Assembly: GCA_041650935.1 (NCBI GenBank)
Contig: JBAZKH010000006.1
Span: 29,505-93,504 of the forward strand
From: Candidatus Omnitrophota bacterium
GTDB lineage: Bacteria > Omnitrophota > Gorgyraeia > 2-01-FULL-45-10
DNA length: 64,000 nt
Direction of reading: 5' to 3'
Part shown: piece after piece, positions 37,495 to 46,786 of the stretch
Numbering within the stretch: position 1 is the stretch's first letter
How the letters are laid out: each line of letters opens with the position of its first letter
Translations under genes and position numbers: made by a program
Notes under the pieces: generated by a model
Told to the model about the DNA's origin: nothing
The model's input: only the letters and a program-made list of their open reading frames with translations
The model's database searches: none

Positions 37495-38425
37495 GTTTAA
37501 GGACGGGCTCGAAAAGGAAGGCCTTCGTCAGTGCACGATCGAGAATATGGTAAGGCACGTTAATTTTTTCGCGAAATACTACAAGTCTTTCGATATGAGA
37601 AAGGTCTCGAGTAAAGATATCAAAAAATTCAAAATATACATCATGCTGGAGCATATTACCGAGAAAGGCAAAAATAAAGGCAAGAAGATATGCGTCGAAT
37701 ATGTCATATCCATACTATGTTCTTTGATGAAATACTTCAAATTTTTGGCGCAGAGAAGACATATATTTTTCGATCCGACGCTTGACTTGGAATTCCCGAA
37801 GAAGAATCCGCATTTTCCGGATTATATACCGAGCGAAAAAGATGTGCAGGAGCTGTTGCAAAAGCCGGATACGAATACTTACTGGGGGATAAGGGACAGG
37901 CTCTTATTTGAGCTTGCCTATACCTGTCCGCTACGAAACCAAGAACTTGGACGACTATGCATTCAGGATATCGATATGAAGGATAGATACATTTATCCGA
38001 AAAGAGAAAAAGGCGGGTATGAGTGCGGCATACCGATAACGGATTCTACGCATCAAATTTTGGAGAAATATCTTTCGATATCGCGCCCCCGGCTTTTGAA
38101 AGGAGCAAAAACCCCCACGATGACCGATAGATTGTTTATAACTATATACGGTGGTCCCTTCAAGAAGACTACCATAGACGATATATTCGCAAAATACCGG
38201 GGAGATAAGAGGATACATCCTCACTTGATGAGGCATGCCTGCGCCGTCCATATGCTGAAAGGCGGGGCAAGGATAAGGGATATTCAGGTTCTGTTGGGCC
38301 ACAGGCGACTGACCTCGACCAATCGCTATACTCGCCTGACAGCCAACGATATTAAAGACATACAAGATAAATATCATCCAAGGGAGAGGAGTGCTAGACG
38401 TGCTGCCGCTGTTGGACGAATTTAA
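37475..38425 (+). CDS. Tyrosine recombinase, trio member 2
   Basis: HPHLMRHACAVHMLKGGARIRDIQVLLGHRRLTSTNRYTRL. Overlaps member 1 by 20 nt. Confidence 0.85.
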   Translation: MLPLLNEFKDGLEKEGLRQCTIENMVRHVNFFAKYYKSFDMRKVSSKDIKKFKIYIMLEHITEKGKNKGKKICVEYVISILCSLMKYFKFLAQRRHIFFDPTLDLEFPKKNPHFPDYIPSEKDVQELLQKPDTNTYWGIRDRLLFELAYTCPLRNQELGRLCIQDIDMKDRYIYPKREKGGYECGIPITDSTHQILEKYLSISRPRLLKGAKTPTMTDRLFITIYGGPFKKTTIDDIFAKYRGDKRIHPHLMRHACAVHMLKGGARIRDIQVLLGHRRLTSTNRYTRLTANDIKDIQDKYHPRERSARRAAAVGRI

Positions 38426-40247
38426 GCAGAAGTTATTAAAGGAACACAAGCTTATAACTATGACCAACACGATAAGTATATGCTTTATGCTGGAAGACTG
38501 GTATGGGTCAGACCGCATGGAGAAGATAACATGCGAAGACCTTGATCGATTCAAAAAATATCTTATGACAGAATACATTACGCGTACTGGCGGGCATTAT
38601 CATCTTTCAACCATCGTAGCGAGGTTCGAAGGGCTAAAGAAATATTTTGCGTTTTTGATGGAGAAGAAATATATATCGAAGGACCCCATGTGCGGTCTTG
38701 AGTTCCCGAAGACAAAACCGCAACTGCCACCGTGGCTGCCTACAGAGAAAGAAGTCCGTGAGCTTATAAATAAAGTCGACGCAAGCTCGCCTCAGGGCTC
38801 GTCCGATAAGGCGGTAATCGCACTAATGTCGATCATGCCGTTAAAGAATAAGGAAGTGGGGCCACTTACGGTAGACCAGGTGGACATAGAGAATAGATGC
38901 GTATATCCTATAAAAGGATCGAAAGAGCTCGCGATACCGATGCCCGATCCTATCTTTGAAATACTGAATAAGTATATTACGAAGGATCGTTATCATATAG
39001 TCAAGTGGCTTAAAGCCCCGACAGACTTACTTTTCGTAAGCAGGCTCGGGACGGCGTTCTTTGAGTCAACGCTGAATAATATATTCTCTAGATATAACAG
39101 ATATGCTCCGCGCGAGAAGCGCATATATCCGTATCTTATGCGGCCGGCTACGGCCAACCATATGCGAAAAAGGGGAATGAAACTCGAGGACATCCATAAG
39201 ATCTTGGGCGTAAAATACAGAACCGTCGGTACCTATACAACTCTTGCCAGAAATGAAATAAGGGCGGAAGAGGAAAGATACGTGGCAAAGATACCTTTGT
39301 TCAAGGAGTTTAAAGAGAAACTCGTAAAAGACGAGTTATCCCCGAACATGATTCACAACGCTTTGAAGGCGATCATATTCTTTGCCAAGTATTTAAAGAG
39401 CGATGATATGAAAAAGATCACCCCTGCCGATATCGGAAGGTGCAAAAATTATGTTTTAAACGAGTATATTACCATCGAGAATAGAAAATTAACCGAACAA
39501 GAGGTGGCTTTGAGGTTGCGTGCTTTAAAGACATATTTCAATTTTCTTGCGGAGAGCAGGTATCTTTCGTCAGATCCGGCTGTAGATATAAAGATTCCGG
39601 ACGTCCCTCCTCGCATAAATTGGTATCGGCCGACAGATGAAGCTATAGAAGAGTTCGCATCTAGACCTGATCCGTATACATACGTAGGCATGCGAGATGC
39701 TGTGATAATACGATTGTGGCACCTTACCGCGTTAAAACCCAATGAGCATATGGATCTAAAAGTGCAAGATATAGATTTGAATAAGAAAGTGCTTTATGTG
39801 CCAGGGCCAAGACGTCGCACCTTGAAATTGGATGATAAAACATATAAGGCCGTCGAGCGATATCTTACCAAATCCAGGCCTGTATTCTTGAAGAAAGCCA
39901 AGGAGCCTACCGATAAGTTATTTATGAATGAATGGGGAGGTCCTCTTGCTCTATGTAGTATGTATGATATATTTTGGAAATATAAGGGCGACAGGAAGAT
40001 TAAACCATGCATTTCAAGGCATGCGAGGGCTCTCAAAATGTTTCGTGACGGCTCCAGCGCCGAAGAAGTTAAAAAGGCCTTAGGTTTTAGATCTATTAGA
40101 TCGTGCCAAGCTTATAAAGCGATGGTTGCGAAGGATGTAACTGGTTTCTATAAGAAGGATCGCTTTGAGGAGAAGGTCAGGCTTATTAGACGAGAAAAAC
40201 CCGCTTACCATTCAGATAATTCCAATCTTGTAACACTTCCCAAGTAG
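38391..40247 (+). CDS. Tandem double tyrosine-recombinase-fold protein, trio member 3
   Basis: Two successive recombinase modules: YPYLMRPATANHM...ILGV...GTY and ISRHARALKMF...ALGF...CQAY. Both lack the second conserved His. 618 aa. Overlaps member 2 by 35 nt. Confidence 0.65.
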   Translation: MLDVLPLLDEFKQKLLKEHKLITMTNTISICFMLEDWYGSDRMEKITCEDLDRFKKYLMTEYITRTGGHYHLSTIVARFEGLKKYFAFLMEKKYISKDPMCGLEFPKTKPQLPPWLPTEKEVRELINKVDASSPQGSSDKAVIALMSIMPLKNKEVGPLTVDQVDIENRCVYPIKGSKELAIPMPDPIFEILNKYITKDRYHIVKWLKAPTDLLFVSRLGTAFFESTLNNIFSRYNRYAPREKRIYPYLMRPATANHMRKRGMKLEDIHKILGVKYRTVGTYTTLARNEIRAEEERYVAKIPLFKEFKEKLVKDELSPNMIHNALKAIIFFAKYLKSDDMKKITPADIGRCKNYVLNEYITIENRKLTEQEVALRLRALKTYFNFLAESRYLSSDPAVDIKIPDVPPRINWYRPTDEAIEEFASRPDPYTYVGMRDAVIIRLWHLTALKPNEHMDLKVQDIDLNKKVLYVPGPRRRTLKLDDKTYKAVERYLTKSRPVFLKKAKEPTDKLFMNEWGGPLALCSMYDIFWKYKGDRKIKPCISRHARALKMFRDGSSAEEVKKALGFRSIRSCQAYKAMVAKDVTGFYKKDRFEEKVRLIRREKPAYHSDNSNLVTLPK

Positions 40248-40343
40248 TAAATTCAAACCTTATAAAAAATCGATAATACCGTCTTGTTAGAATTTGGGTA
40301 CTGGTGTCTCTATGCCTATTAAGCCTCCGTAATACCGTTTGGC

Positions 40344-42443
40344 ATGGATACTTTGATAAATGCCGGCATAAACGGTATAGTAGATGGCGAAAACCTTCCG
40401 ACACAGATTGAGGCTCTTGCCATGGCCTTTCAAACCCAGATAACATCAAAAGTTACGGCCGAAGTTATCTCTTTTAGTATAAAGCAAGCGGGAGAATTAT
40501 TAGGCGTGTCTCCCGCCCTGAGTTCGTATCTGGCGTCGGCAGGCACGGCGATCTCATCGTCATTTATAAAGAATAGTTTTCTTTCGCAATTCGACCTGTC
40601 CAATTTTGTAAAAGATGCTTTCAATAGCACGATAGTTTCGGTAGACGTGGATTTACTTGAAAACATAAACCCCGCATTCTCTGCCTTAAAGTCCGCGGGA
40701 TTAATGGGTGCCATCGAAAATATACTTGATGCCGGAGGTGTTTTTGAAGGGGCGTTCAGTATTCTTAGTAAAATAGTTCCTTCCGCTTTCAAGACGACAG
40801 GTGATTTAGTTACGGGCTTCTTTGGCGGGGCGAAGACTTTTATAGAACTTGTAACCGACTCAGGTCCGCTTGCGGCCATGAATAGCGCTCTTAATTCATT
40901 ATTTACAAGGCAAACTATCGAAACTGTGGCGGCCCAAGGCGGCGTGGAAGAGTTGCCTGTTGAGACAATATTCCTAAACGGTAAGGTTGCCCAAAAGATA
41001 ACCTTAAATGATAATGCGGCGCTATACATGGATGAAAACGGCGACCTGATATCGGTAGAAGAGAATGGTGTCACATGCACAGGTCCATTTGCCTGGACGC
41101 CCGAAGACGGGCTTAAATTAAGAAGCGGCACTGTATCGGGAAGTATGGAGACAGGCTATAACATATGGGCCGAAATAGATGACGGCTCGGCCCGGCATAT
41201 TGAAATACAGAACGCGGACGGCGAGGAGATTGTAACGATAGACCCGGAGACTACCGGCAAAACTATAGATTTGAGTACGATGTCCGTTCAGACTGTGCCG
41301 GAATTCAATTTTACCGTTCTGAACGCGATAATATCTTTTGCGAATATCTATATAGCCAAGATAAATCAGGACTTTGTGGAATCGATAACTCAAAAAGTTG
41401 CCGCCATTTCCGCCGGCTCACTATTTGGTGAGTCAAATAAATTCCTGTATACCCTGGCGAATGGTATATGTAATACTGAAATCGATCCAAATACGCCACC
41501 TCAATATATAAAAAACTTAGAGCAAGATATGGTAAATCGTGGCAATGGTGATATATCGATTAGCGACATTATCCCGGTAATACTTTATAAAGGAATGACA
41601 GAATCGTCGGACTTTAATACAGTCCTCGATGTCATTAAATGGGTAGCGGAGTCGCAAGGGGTGTATAAAGATAGCCTTACCGAAAAAGCCCGGGCTGATT
41701 TAGTCGCGTACTTTGTCGCGCATCCCTCGGAATGGAACAGGCCTATAGTGGCAATGGGATATTCTGGTGGTCTCATGCCTTTAGTTGAAGCTATGTCCTC
41801 GTCGGTGTATAATGTTAAGACGCTGGTAGGGTTAGGTGCTGCAACAGCGTATATAAAGAAAGACCTAATCCCTATTCTGTGCGACCTTACTAATTATGTC
41901 TCCAACAGAAAGGCAGACGCTGTCAGGTTTGTTCTGGAAAAACTGAATATCGGACAGCAGCTTATAAACCAGTTTGTAGAATATGTTCGTACGTATGATT
42001 CTACAAGTACGGTTATTTCAAATTCCGCAAAAGAAATTATTAAAGAAATACTGAACGTAACCGGATTGGACGAAATGACATTTCCATTCCTGGCGCAATC
42101 AAAGACCGACCTTATAGTTAACGTTTGGGGTACAAAAGACATGCTTTATGAAGTCGGCATAGCCGGGCAGAGGACGAATCTCTGCGGCAAAAACACTTAT
42201 AACATAGAGATTGTTGGTGCAACTCACTTTGACTACATGAGACGTGATGCCTTAGATGCTAAAAACCCGCCCGATACATGGAATAATACAGTGGCGAGTT
42301 TTGTGGCGGATTTAATAATAGCAAGTGAAGATAGTTATAATCTAGACAAGTTTTTAACGAAAAAAATATCGGAAGGTCTTTTGTATATGGACTATGCAAG
42401 AGGCGTATATGTTGTCCGACTTCCAGGGTGTGATATATGCTAG
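40344..42443 (+). CDS. Large protein with C-terminal GxSxG alpha/beta-hydrolase (lipase/esterase-like) region, possible lipase effector
   Basis: GYSGGLMPLVEAM (GxSxG), with a downstream ATHFDYM His candidate. No signal peptide. Confidence 0.4.
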   Translation: MDTLINAGINGIVDGENLPTQIEALAMAFQTQITSKVTAEVISFSIKQAGELLGVSPALSSYLASAGTAISSSFIKNSFLSQFDLSNFVKDAFNSTIVSVDVDLLENINPAFSALKSAGLMGAIENILDAGGVFEGAFSILSKIVPSAFKTTGDLVTGFFGGAKTFIELVTDSGPLAAMNSALNSLFTRQTIETVAAQGGVEELPVETIFLNGKVAQKITLNDNAALYMDENGDLISVEENGVTCTGPFAWTPEDGLKLRSGTVSGSMETGYNIWAEIDDGSARHIEIQNADGEEIVTIDPETTGKTIDLSTMSVQTVPEFNFTVLNAIISFANIYIAKINQDFVESITQKVAAISAGSLFGESNKFLYTLANGICNTEIDPNTPPQYIKNLEQDMVNRGNGDISISDIIPVILYKGMTESSDFNTVLDVIKWVAESQGVYKDSLTEKARADLVAYFVAHPSEWNRPIVAMGYSGGLMPLVEAMSSSVYNVKTLVGLGAATAYIKKDLIPILCDLTNYVSNRKADAVRFVLEKLNIGQQLINQFVEYVRTYDSTSTVISNSAKEIIKEILNVTGLDEMTFPFLAQSKTDLIVNVWGTKDMLYEVGIAGQRTNLCGKNTYNIEIVGATHFDYMRRDALDAKNPPDTWNNTVASFVADLIIASEDSYNLDKFLTKKISEGLLYMDYARGVYVVRLPGCDIC

Positions 42444-43201
42444 CAAGGATTCTATCTGTTATAGTGATAACAGTATTGTCATCTTCCAGCTTATTTTGTG
42501 AAGAAACATTACCATCTAGAATTGATAATGCCACTCAAAAAATTATAAAAAGAACAAATCTTGAGCGGGAAGGGCGTCTTTATGCAAAACAAGGCTTATA
42601 TGACGAGGCACTCGCGAAGTATAAAGCGGCCATGGATCCTTCCTTGCTTAATTATGACCATGAAGTATCTACGGCTAAGTGGTCTATCGAAGAAATTTAT
42701 AAGCGACAAGGGAAATTTGAGCAAGCTCTAGAAATGGTGAACGATAAGTTAAAAACTTTTAAGGCTCAAACTCCCAATGATAATATATTTACAGGAAACG
42801 ACGAGCTTGGTAAGGAACGCCTCGAACTTTTGGCGCTTATAAAAGCTCGTGACACTAAAAATAAAAAACCCATTTATGAATATATAGATTATATAAAAAC
42901 AAAATCGAAATATGCGAAATTACTTCCACCAAAAGGTTATATTACAGGGGGAAGCGATGTACTTATAGATAACCTAATCCACCTCTACGACTACCTTCAC
43001 GACTACGATGCCGGTATCGCTTTTATGGATGAAATAATCAAATACCACACCCAGCATAAGGACAAAAACCACAGGTCTGCTCATGCCAAAGATGTCAAAG
43101 AATACATCCGCGTCAAAAAGGCCTGGGAACTTGACAAAAAAACCGGCCAGCATGGACATTTGCAAGGTGTGATCCGAACCTCCGATGTAATATCGTGGTG
43201 A
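42437..43201 (+). CDS. Secreted TPR-like protein, putative cognate immunity protein
   Basis: N-terminal signal peptide (MLARILSVIVITVLSSSSLFC). Start overlaps the stop of the upstream gene by 7 nt. Confidence 0.35.
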   Translation: MLARILSVIVITVLSSSSLFCEETLPSRIDNATQKIIKRTNLEREGRLYAKQGLYDEALAKYKAAMDPSLLNYDHEVSTAKWSIEEIYKRQGKFEQALEMVNDKLKTFKAQTPNDNIFTGNDELGKERLELLALIKARDTKNKKPIYEYIDYIKTKSKYAKLLPPKGYITGGSDVLIDNLIHLYDYLHDYDAGIAFMDEIIKYHTQHKDKNHRSAHAKDVKEYIRVKKAWELDKKTGQHGHLQGVIRTSDVISW

Positions 43202-43228
43202 CGCAGATATAACGAGTCATGCAAAAAC

Positions 43229-43253
43229 GCCACAAACCCCTTGTGGCATTTTT
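43229..43253 (+). terminator. Rho-independent terminator GCCACAA-ACCCC-TTGTGGC + ATTTTT
   Basis: Perfect 7-bp stem, 5-nt loop and a T-run, immediately after the 42437-43201 stop. Confidence 0.6.
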
Positions 43254-43334
43254 GAAATTGACATAGCTATATCTAGGTAGTATTTGTCAAGGCTTATCCA
43301 AGTAGATAGTTTAAAAGGACACTATACGTTCATT

Positions 43335-43358
43335 TCCACAACCCCTTGTGGCATTTTT
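43335..43358 (+). terminator. Second copy of the same hairpin, CCACAA-CCCC-TTGTGG + CATTTTT
   Basis: Near-identical repeat 106 nt downstream of the first. Confidence 0.45.
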
Positions 43359-43643
43359 ATACCGGGTTAGCTTGTTTTTCCTCAAAAAGTAGGGTATAAT
43401 TATAATTTATCCGATTTACATATGTTATTAATTGGCTCAATAGACATTGTTAAAGGGTAATAACATATGATAGCATGCTTTTATGGAAGAAAGCATGACG
43501 GTTTTTAACGAAGTCATGGATTATCTCAAGATATACAAGATTATCGAGCAGGAAGCTTGTGGATTTTGTTGCAAAAGAATGTCTTATGCATGGGTTGGTT
43601 AAAAAATAAGGTGTAGAGACGGTATGCGGAGAGGTATTTTAGC

Positions 43644-44879
43644 ATGAAGAAACGAGTTGTTATAACAGGTGTGGGTGCTATTGCTTCCAATAGTATTGGT
43701 ATAGATGAATTTTGGGATGCTCTTAAAGCTGGTAAGAGTGGTATTAAAAAAATAACCAGTTTTGATACGAAACAATTCCCGACAAAAGTTGCCGGGGAGA
43801 TTACCGACTTTAACCCGGAAAAATTCCTTGATCTTAAACAGGCAAGAAGGATGGATAGGTTTGTTCAATTCGCAGTTTCGGTAGCGAAGATGGCGGTTAA
43901 AGATTCCGGCTTAAACATAAAAGAGGAAGATTCTAAGCGTATTGGAGTTATTACAGGCACTGCTACAGCCGGTCAGGGTTGGGTATTCACGCAATACGAA
44001 ATATTCCGGTCAAAGGGGTATAAAAGACTCAATCCTTTTACGGCAGCTTCGACCTTCCCTAACGCATCATCTTCTCAAATATCTCTTGAGTTCAAAATTA
44101 ACGGTCCAAGCGAGACATTCTCAACCGGCTGTGCCTCTGGTGGTATTGCTATGGGTCATGCACTTGAGCTAATCCGGAACAATAAGATTGATATTGCGAT
44201 TGTTGTAGGAAGTGAAGCATTGCTTTATGCGCCGATATTTGGAACATATTGTGTTGCTCGAATTATGTCAACCAAAGACGGGAGCATAATAAAAACACCT
44301 GCGCCTTTTGATAAAAATAGAGACGGCATGGTGTTAGCTGAAGGTGCCGGTTGCATAATTTTAGAAAGTCTTGATCATGCGAAAAAACGCAAAGCCCAAA
44401 TGTATGCAGAGTTTATCGGATGGGGTGAAACATGCGATGCATATCATATAATATCAACCGAACCCCACGGAAAAGAAGCAGAGCGCGCTATCCTGATGGC
44501 TATAGAAGATAGCGGTATAAAGCTAGACGATATTAATTATGTAAAGATGCATGGCATAGGTGATTCCGTTAACGATAAGATTGAAACGCAGGTTATGAAA
44601 CGAGTTTTCGGGAAAAAGGCTTATGATATTCCTATGACATCGATCAAGTCTATGATAGGGCATACCCAAGGTGCCTGCAGCGTTCTAGAGACGGTTTCAA
44701 CTGTTCTTGCGATGAAAAATAGTATGATTCCACCCACGATTAATTATGAGACGCCGGATCCCGAATGTGACTTAGACTATGTACCAAATAATGCCAGGTC
44801 TTATAAGATAAGTTGTGCTTTGATAAACACCTTTGGATTTGGCGGAAAAAACGTATCGCTAATCATTAAAAAAATATGA
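43644..44879 (+). CDS. Beta-ketoacyl-ACP synthase (KAS II / FabF-like)
   Basis: Active-site Cys in FSTGCASGGIAMGHA. His motifs HGIGD and GHTQGA. Terminal GFGGKN. Confidence 0.85.
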   Translation: MKKRVVITGVGAIASNSIGIDEFWDALKAGKSGIKKITSFDTKQFPTKVAGEITDFNPEKFLDLKQARRMDRFVQFAVSVAKMAVKDSGLNIKEEDSKRIGVITGTATAGQGWVFTQYEIFRSKGYKRLNPFTAASTFPNASSSQISLEFKINGPSETFSTGCASGGIAMGHALELIRNNKIDIAIVVGSEALLYAPIFGTYCVARIMSTKDGSIIKTPAPFDKNRDGMVLAEGAGCIILESLDHAKKRKAQMYAEFIGWGETCDAYHIISTEPHGKEAERAILMAIEDSGIKLDDINYVKMHGIGDSVNDKIETQVMKRVFGKKAYDIPMTSIKSMIGHTQGACSVLETVSTVLAMKNSMIPPTINYETPDPECDLDYVPNNARSYKISCALINTFGFGGKNVSLIIKKI

Positions 44880-46219
44880 AAATACTACTTATAAGGCCAT
44901 CAAGCTATGATGGCGTAGGCAAATTAAGGCGTTTCAAAAAAGCGTATATGCCTTTTTTGACGCTTCCACTTATCAAGGCATTAACGCCTAAAAATGTTGA
45001 AATAAGGCTTATAGACGAATATCTTGACGAAGTGGATTTTAAGGCACAGCCTGACTGTGTAGGAATCACAGGTTTAACTTCGAACATAAAAAGAAGCTAT
45101 GAGATAGCGAATAAGTTTAGAAGTAAAGGTGTAAGGGTAGTCTTGGGTGGCCACCACGTTACTGCATTACCTGATGAAGCGTTGCAACATGCTGATGCAG
45201 TAGTTATTGGCGAGGCTGAAAATGTTTGGGAAGATTTGATAAATGATTTATATAGCAAAAAACTAAAAAGAATCTACTCATGCGATACACTTTTTGATTT
45301 GAAAAATTCAATAATTCCTGACTATTCATCAATTGATCTAAAAAGGTATTTAAGCGCGCCATTTGCCAGAGGTCCTCTTTTTCCAATTCAGGCCACAAGA
45401 GGATGTCCCTTTGATTGCGAGTTTTGTTCTGTCGCATCTTTTTTTAAAGGCACATTTCGTACTAAACCTGTTAGTTTAATTTTAAAAGAAATAAAGCAAC
45501 TTCGAGCCACATATTACTTTTTTGTAGATGATAACATAATTGGTAATCCTTCCTACGCAAAGGAGTTGTTTGCTGCTCTGGTACCTTTAAAGATCCACTG
45601 GATAGGGCAATTTAGTACTACCATTCTCAAATTCCCAGAATTAGTCGAATTGGCGGGTAAGAGTGGGTGTACATCTGCATATATAGGGATAGAAAATTTA
45701 TCAGATAAAAATTTAAAAAGCGTAAAAAAAATTAATAAGATAAATGAATATTCTGATCTTTTAAATATGCTAAACAGAAATGGCATAAAGCCTTTTGTCA
45801 GTATGATACTCGGGATGGAAGATGATGATAAGGATGTATTTATACGTAATCTTGATTTTTTGATAAAAAATAAGGCAGGCAAAGCGTATTTCTATATTTT
45901 AACACCTTTCCCAGGGACCCCTCTTTTTGAAAGAATGAATAAGGAAAATAAAATAATAACTAAAGACTGGAATTGTTACGACGGATCTCGGGCTGTATTT
46001 AAACATAGTAGACTATCTTGTAAAGAGTTGGAAGACGGCTTGTGGTATTCGTACAGAAGATTTTTTTCGTTGTCCCAAATATTTAAAAGAAATTTTACAT
46101 ACTTATTTAAGAATCCATTGATGTATTTGGTGTTACTGTTTTATGATATGTATTTCCATAGTGCCATTTTAAAAAATACCCACCCCTTGAGCGAAGGGGG
46201 TAAGCATAGGATAAATTAA
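44876..46219 (+). CDS. B12-binding domain radical SAM enzyme
   Basis: N-terminal B12-binding fold (KILLIRPSSYDG...VGITGLTS...VVLGGHHVT). rSAM motif GCPFDCEFC. Overlaps the KAS gene. Confidence 0.8.
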   Translation: MKILLIRPSSYDGVGKLRRFKKAYMPFLTLPLIKALTPKNVEIRLIDEYLDEVDFKAQPDCVGITGLTSNIKRSYEIANKFRSKGVRVVLGGHHVTALPDEALQHADAVVIGEAENVWEDLINDLYSKKLKRIYSCDTLFDLKNSIIPDYSSIDLKRYLSAPFARGPLFPIQATRGCPFDCEFCSVASFFKGTFRTKPVSLILKEIKQLRATYYFFVDDNIIGNPSYAKELFAALVPLKIHWIGQFSTTILKFPELVELAGKSGCTSAYIGIENLSDKNLKSVKKINKINEYSDLLNMLNRNGIKPFVSMILGMEDDDKDVFIRNLDFLIKNKAGKAYFYILTPFPGTPLFERMNKENKIITKDWNCYDGSRAVFKHSRLSCKELEDGLWYSYRRFFSLSQIFKRNFTYLFKNPLMYLVLLFYDMYFHSAILKNTHPLSEGGKHRIN

Positions 46220-46222
46220 ATC

Positions 46223-46786
46223 ATGTTGTTATGTGATATGGTATTTTTAATTTTTAGTATTCTACTCTGTGCTTATATCATTATAGACTTTATACTGAAT
46301 ATTAAGAATGAATGGCAGGAGAAAATAATTTTTCGGTGGAGTCAACCGCTAGCTATTGCATTGCTGGTAGTAATCGTAATAAGTACTGTATCCGAACGGT
46401 ATATTGCTAAGAGAGATATCAATTATGTAATATCGTTGGTAGGTATCATATTGTTTTTAACAGCCTTTTTGTTACGTATTTGGTCAAAAAAAAGCTTAGG
46501 ACAATATTATAGCTCGCATATCCAAGTAAAAAATAATCATCGCATTGTAGAGAATGGGCCTTACAAAATAATGCGGCATCCTTATTATTTCAGTATCATT
46601 ATCGGCGCCCTAAGTTTCCCCCTAATAGTGAATGCGTATTTTTCATTTTGTCTCGCTCTTATTACTATTGTTCCGCTCATTGTAATTAGGTGTTACATAG
46701 AAGAAGCAATGTTATTGCAAAGATTCGGAAACCAATATCGGAAATATATGGAAAAGACAAAGCTATTTTCTAATAGAGAGAATTAA
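46223..46786 (+). CDS. ICMT/PEMT-family integral membrane methyltransferase
   Basis: Multi-TM protein with the diagnostic NGPYKIMRHPYYFS motif. Confidence 0.6.
   Translation: MLLCDMVFLIFSILLCAYIIIDFILNIKNEWQEKIIFRWSQPLAIALLVVIVISTVSERYIAKRDINYVISLVGIILFLTAFLLRIWSKKSLGQYYSSHIQVKNNHRIVENGPYKIMRHPYYFSIIIGALSFPLIVNAYFSFCLALITIVPLIVIRCYIEEAMLLQRFGNQYRKYMEKTKLFSNREN

Noticed and set aside
5235-40337. attL/attR candidates (CCTCCGTnAnA at about 5240 and about 40325)
   Set aside because: Only 7-9 nt shared, well within chance. Prophage boundaries cannot be fixed from this window alone.
43400-43640. Cobalamin riboswitch in the long leader upstream of the KAS/B12-rSAM operon
   Set aside because: No B12-box-like consensus or recognisable riboswitch architecture was found by eye. 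The hairpins present look like simple inverted repeats.
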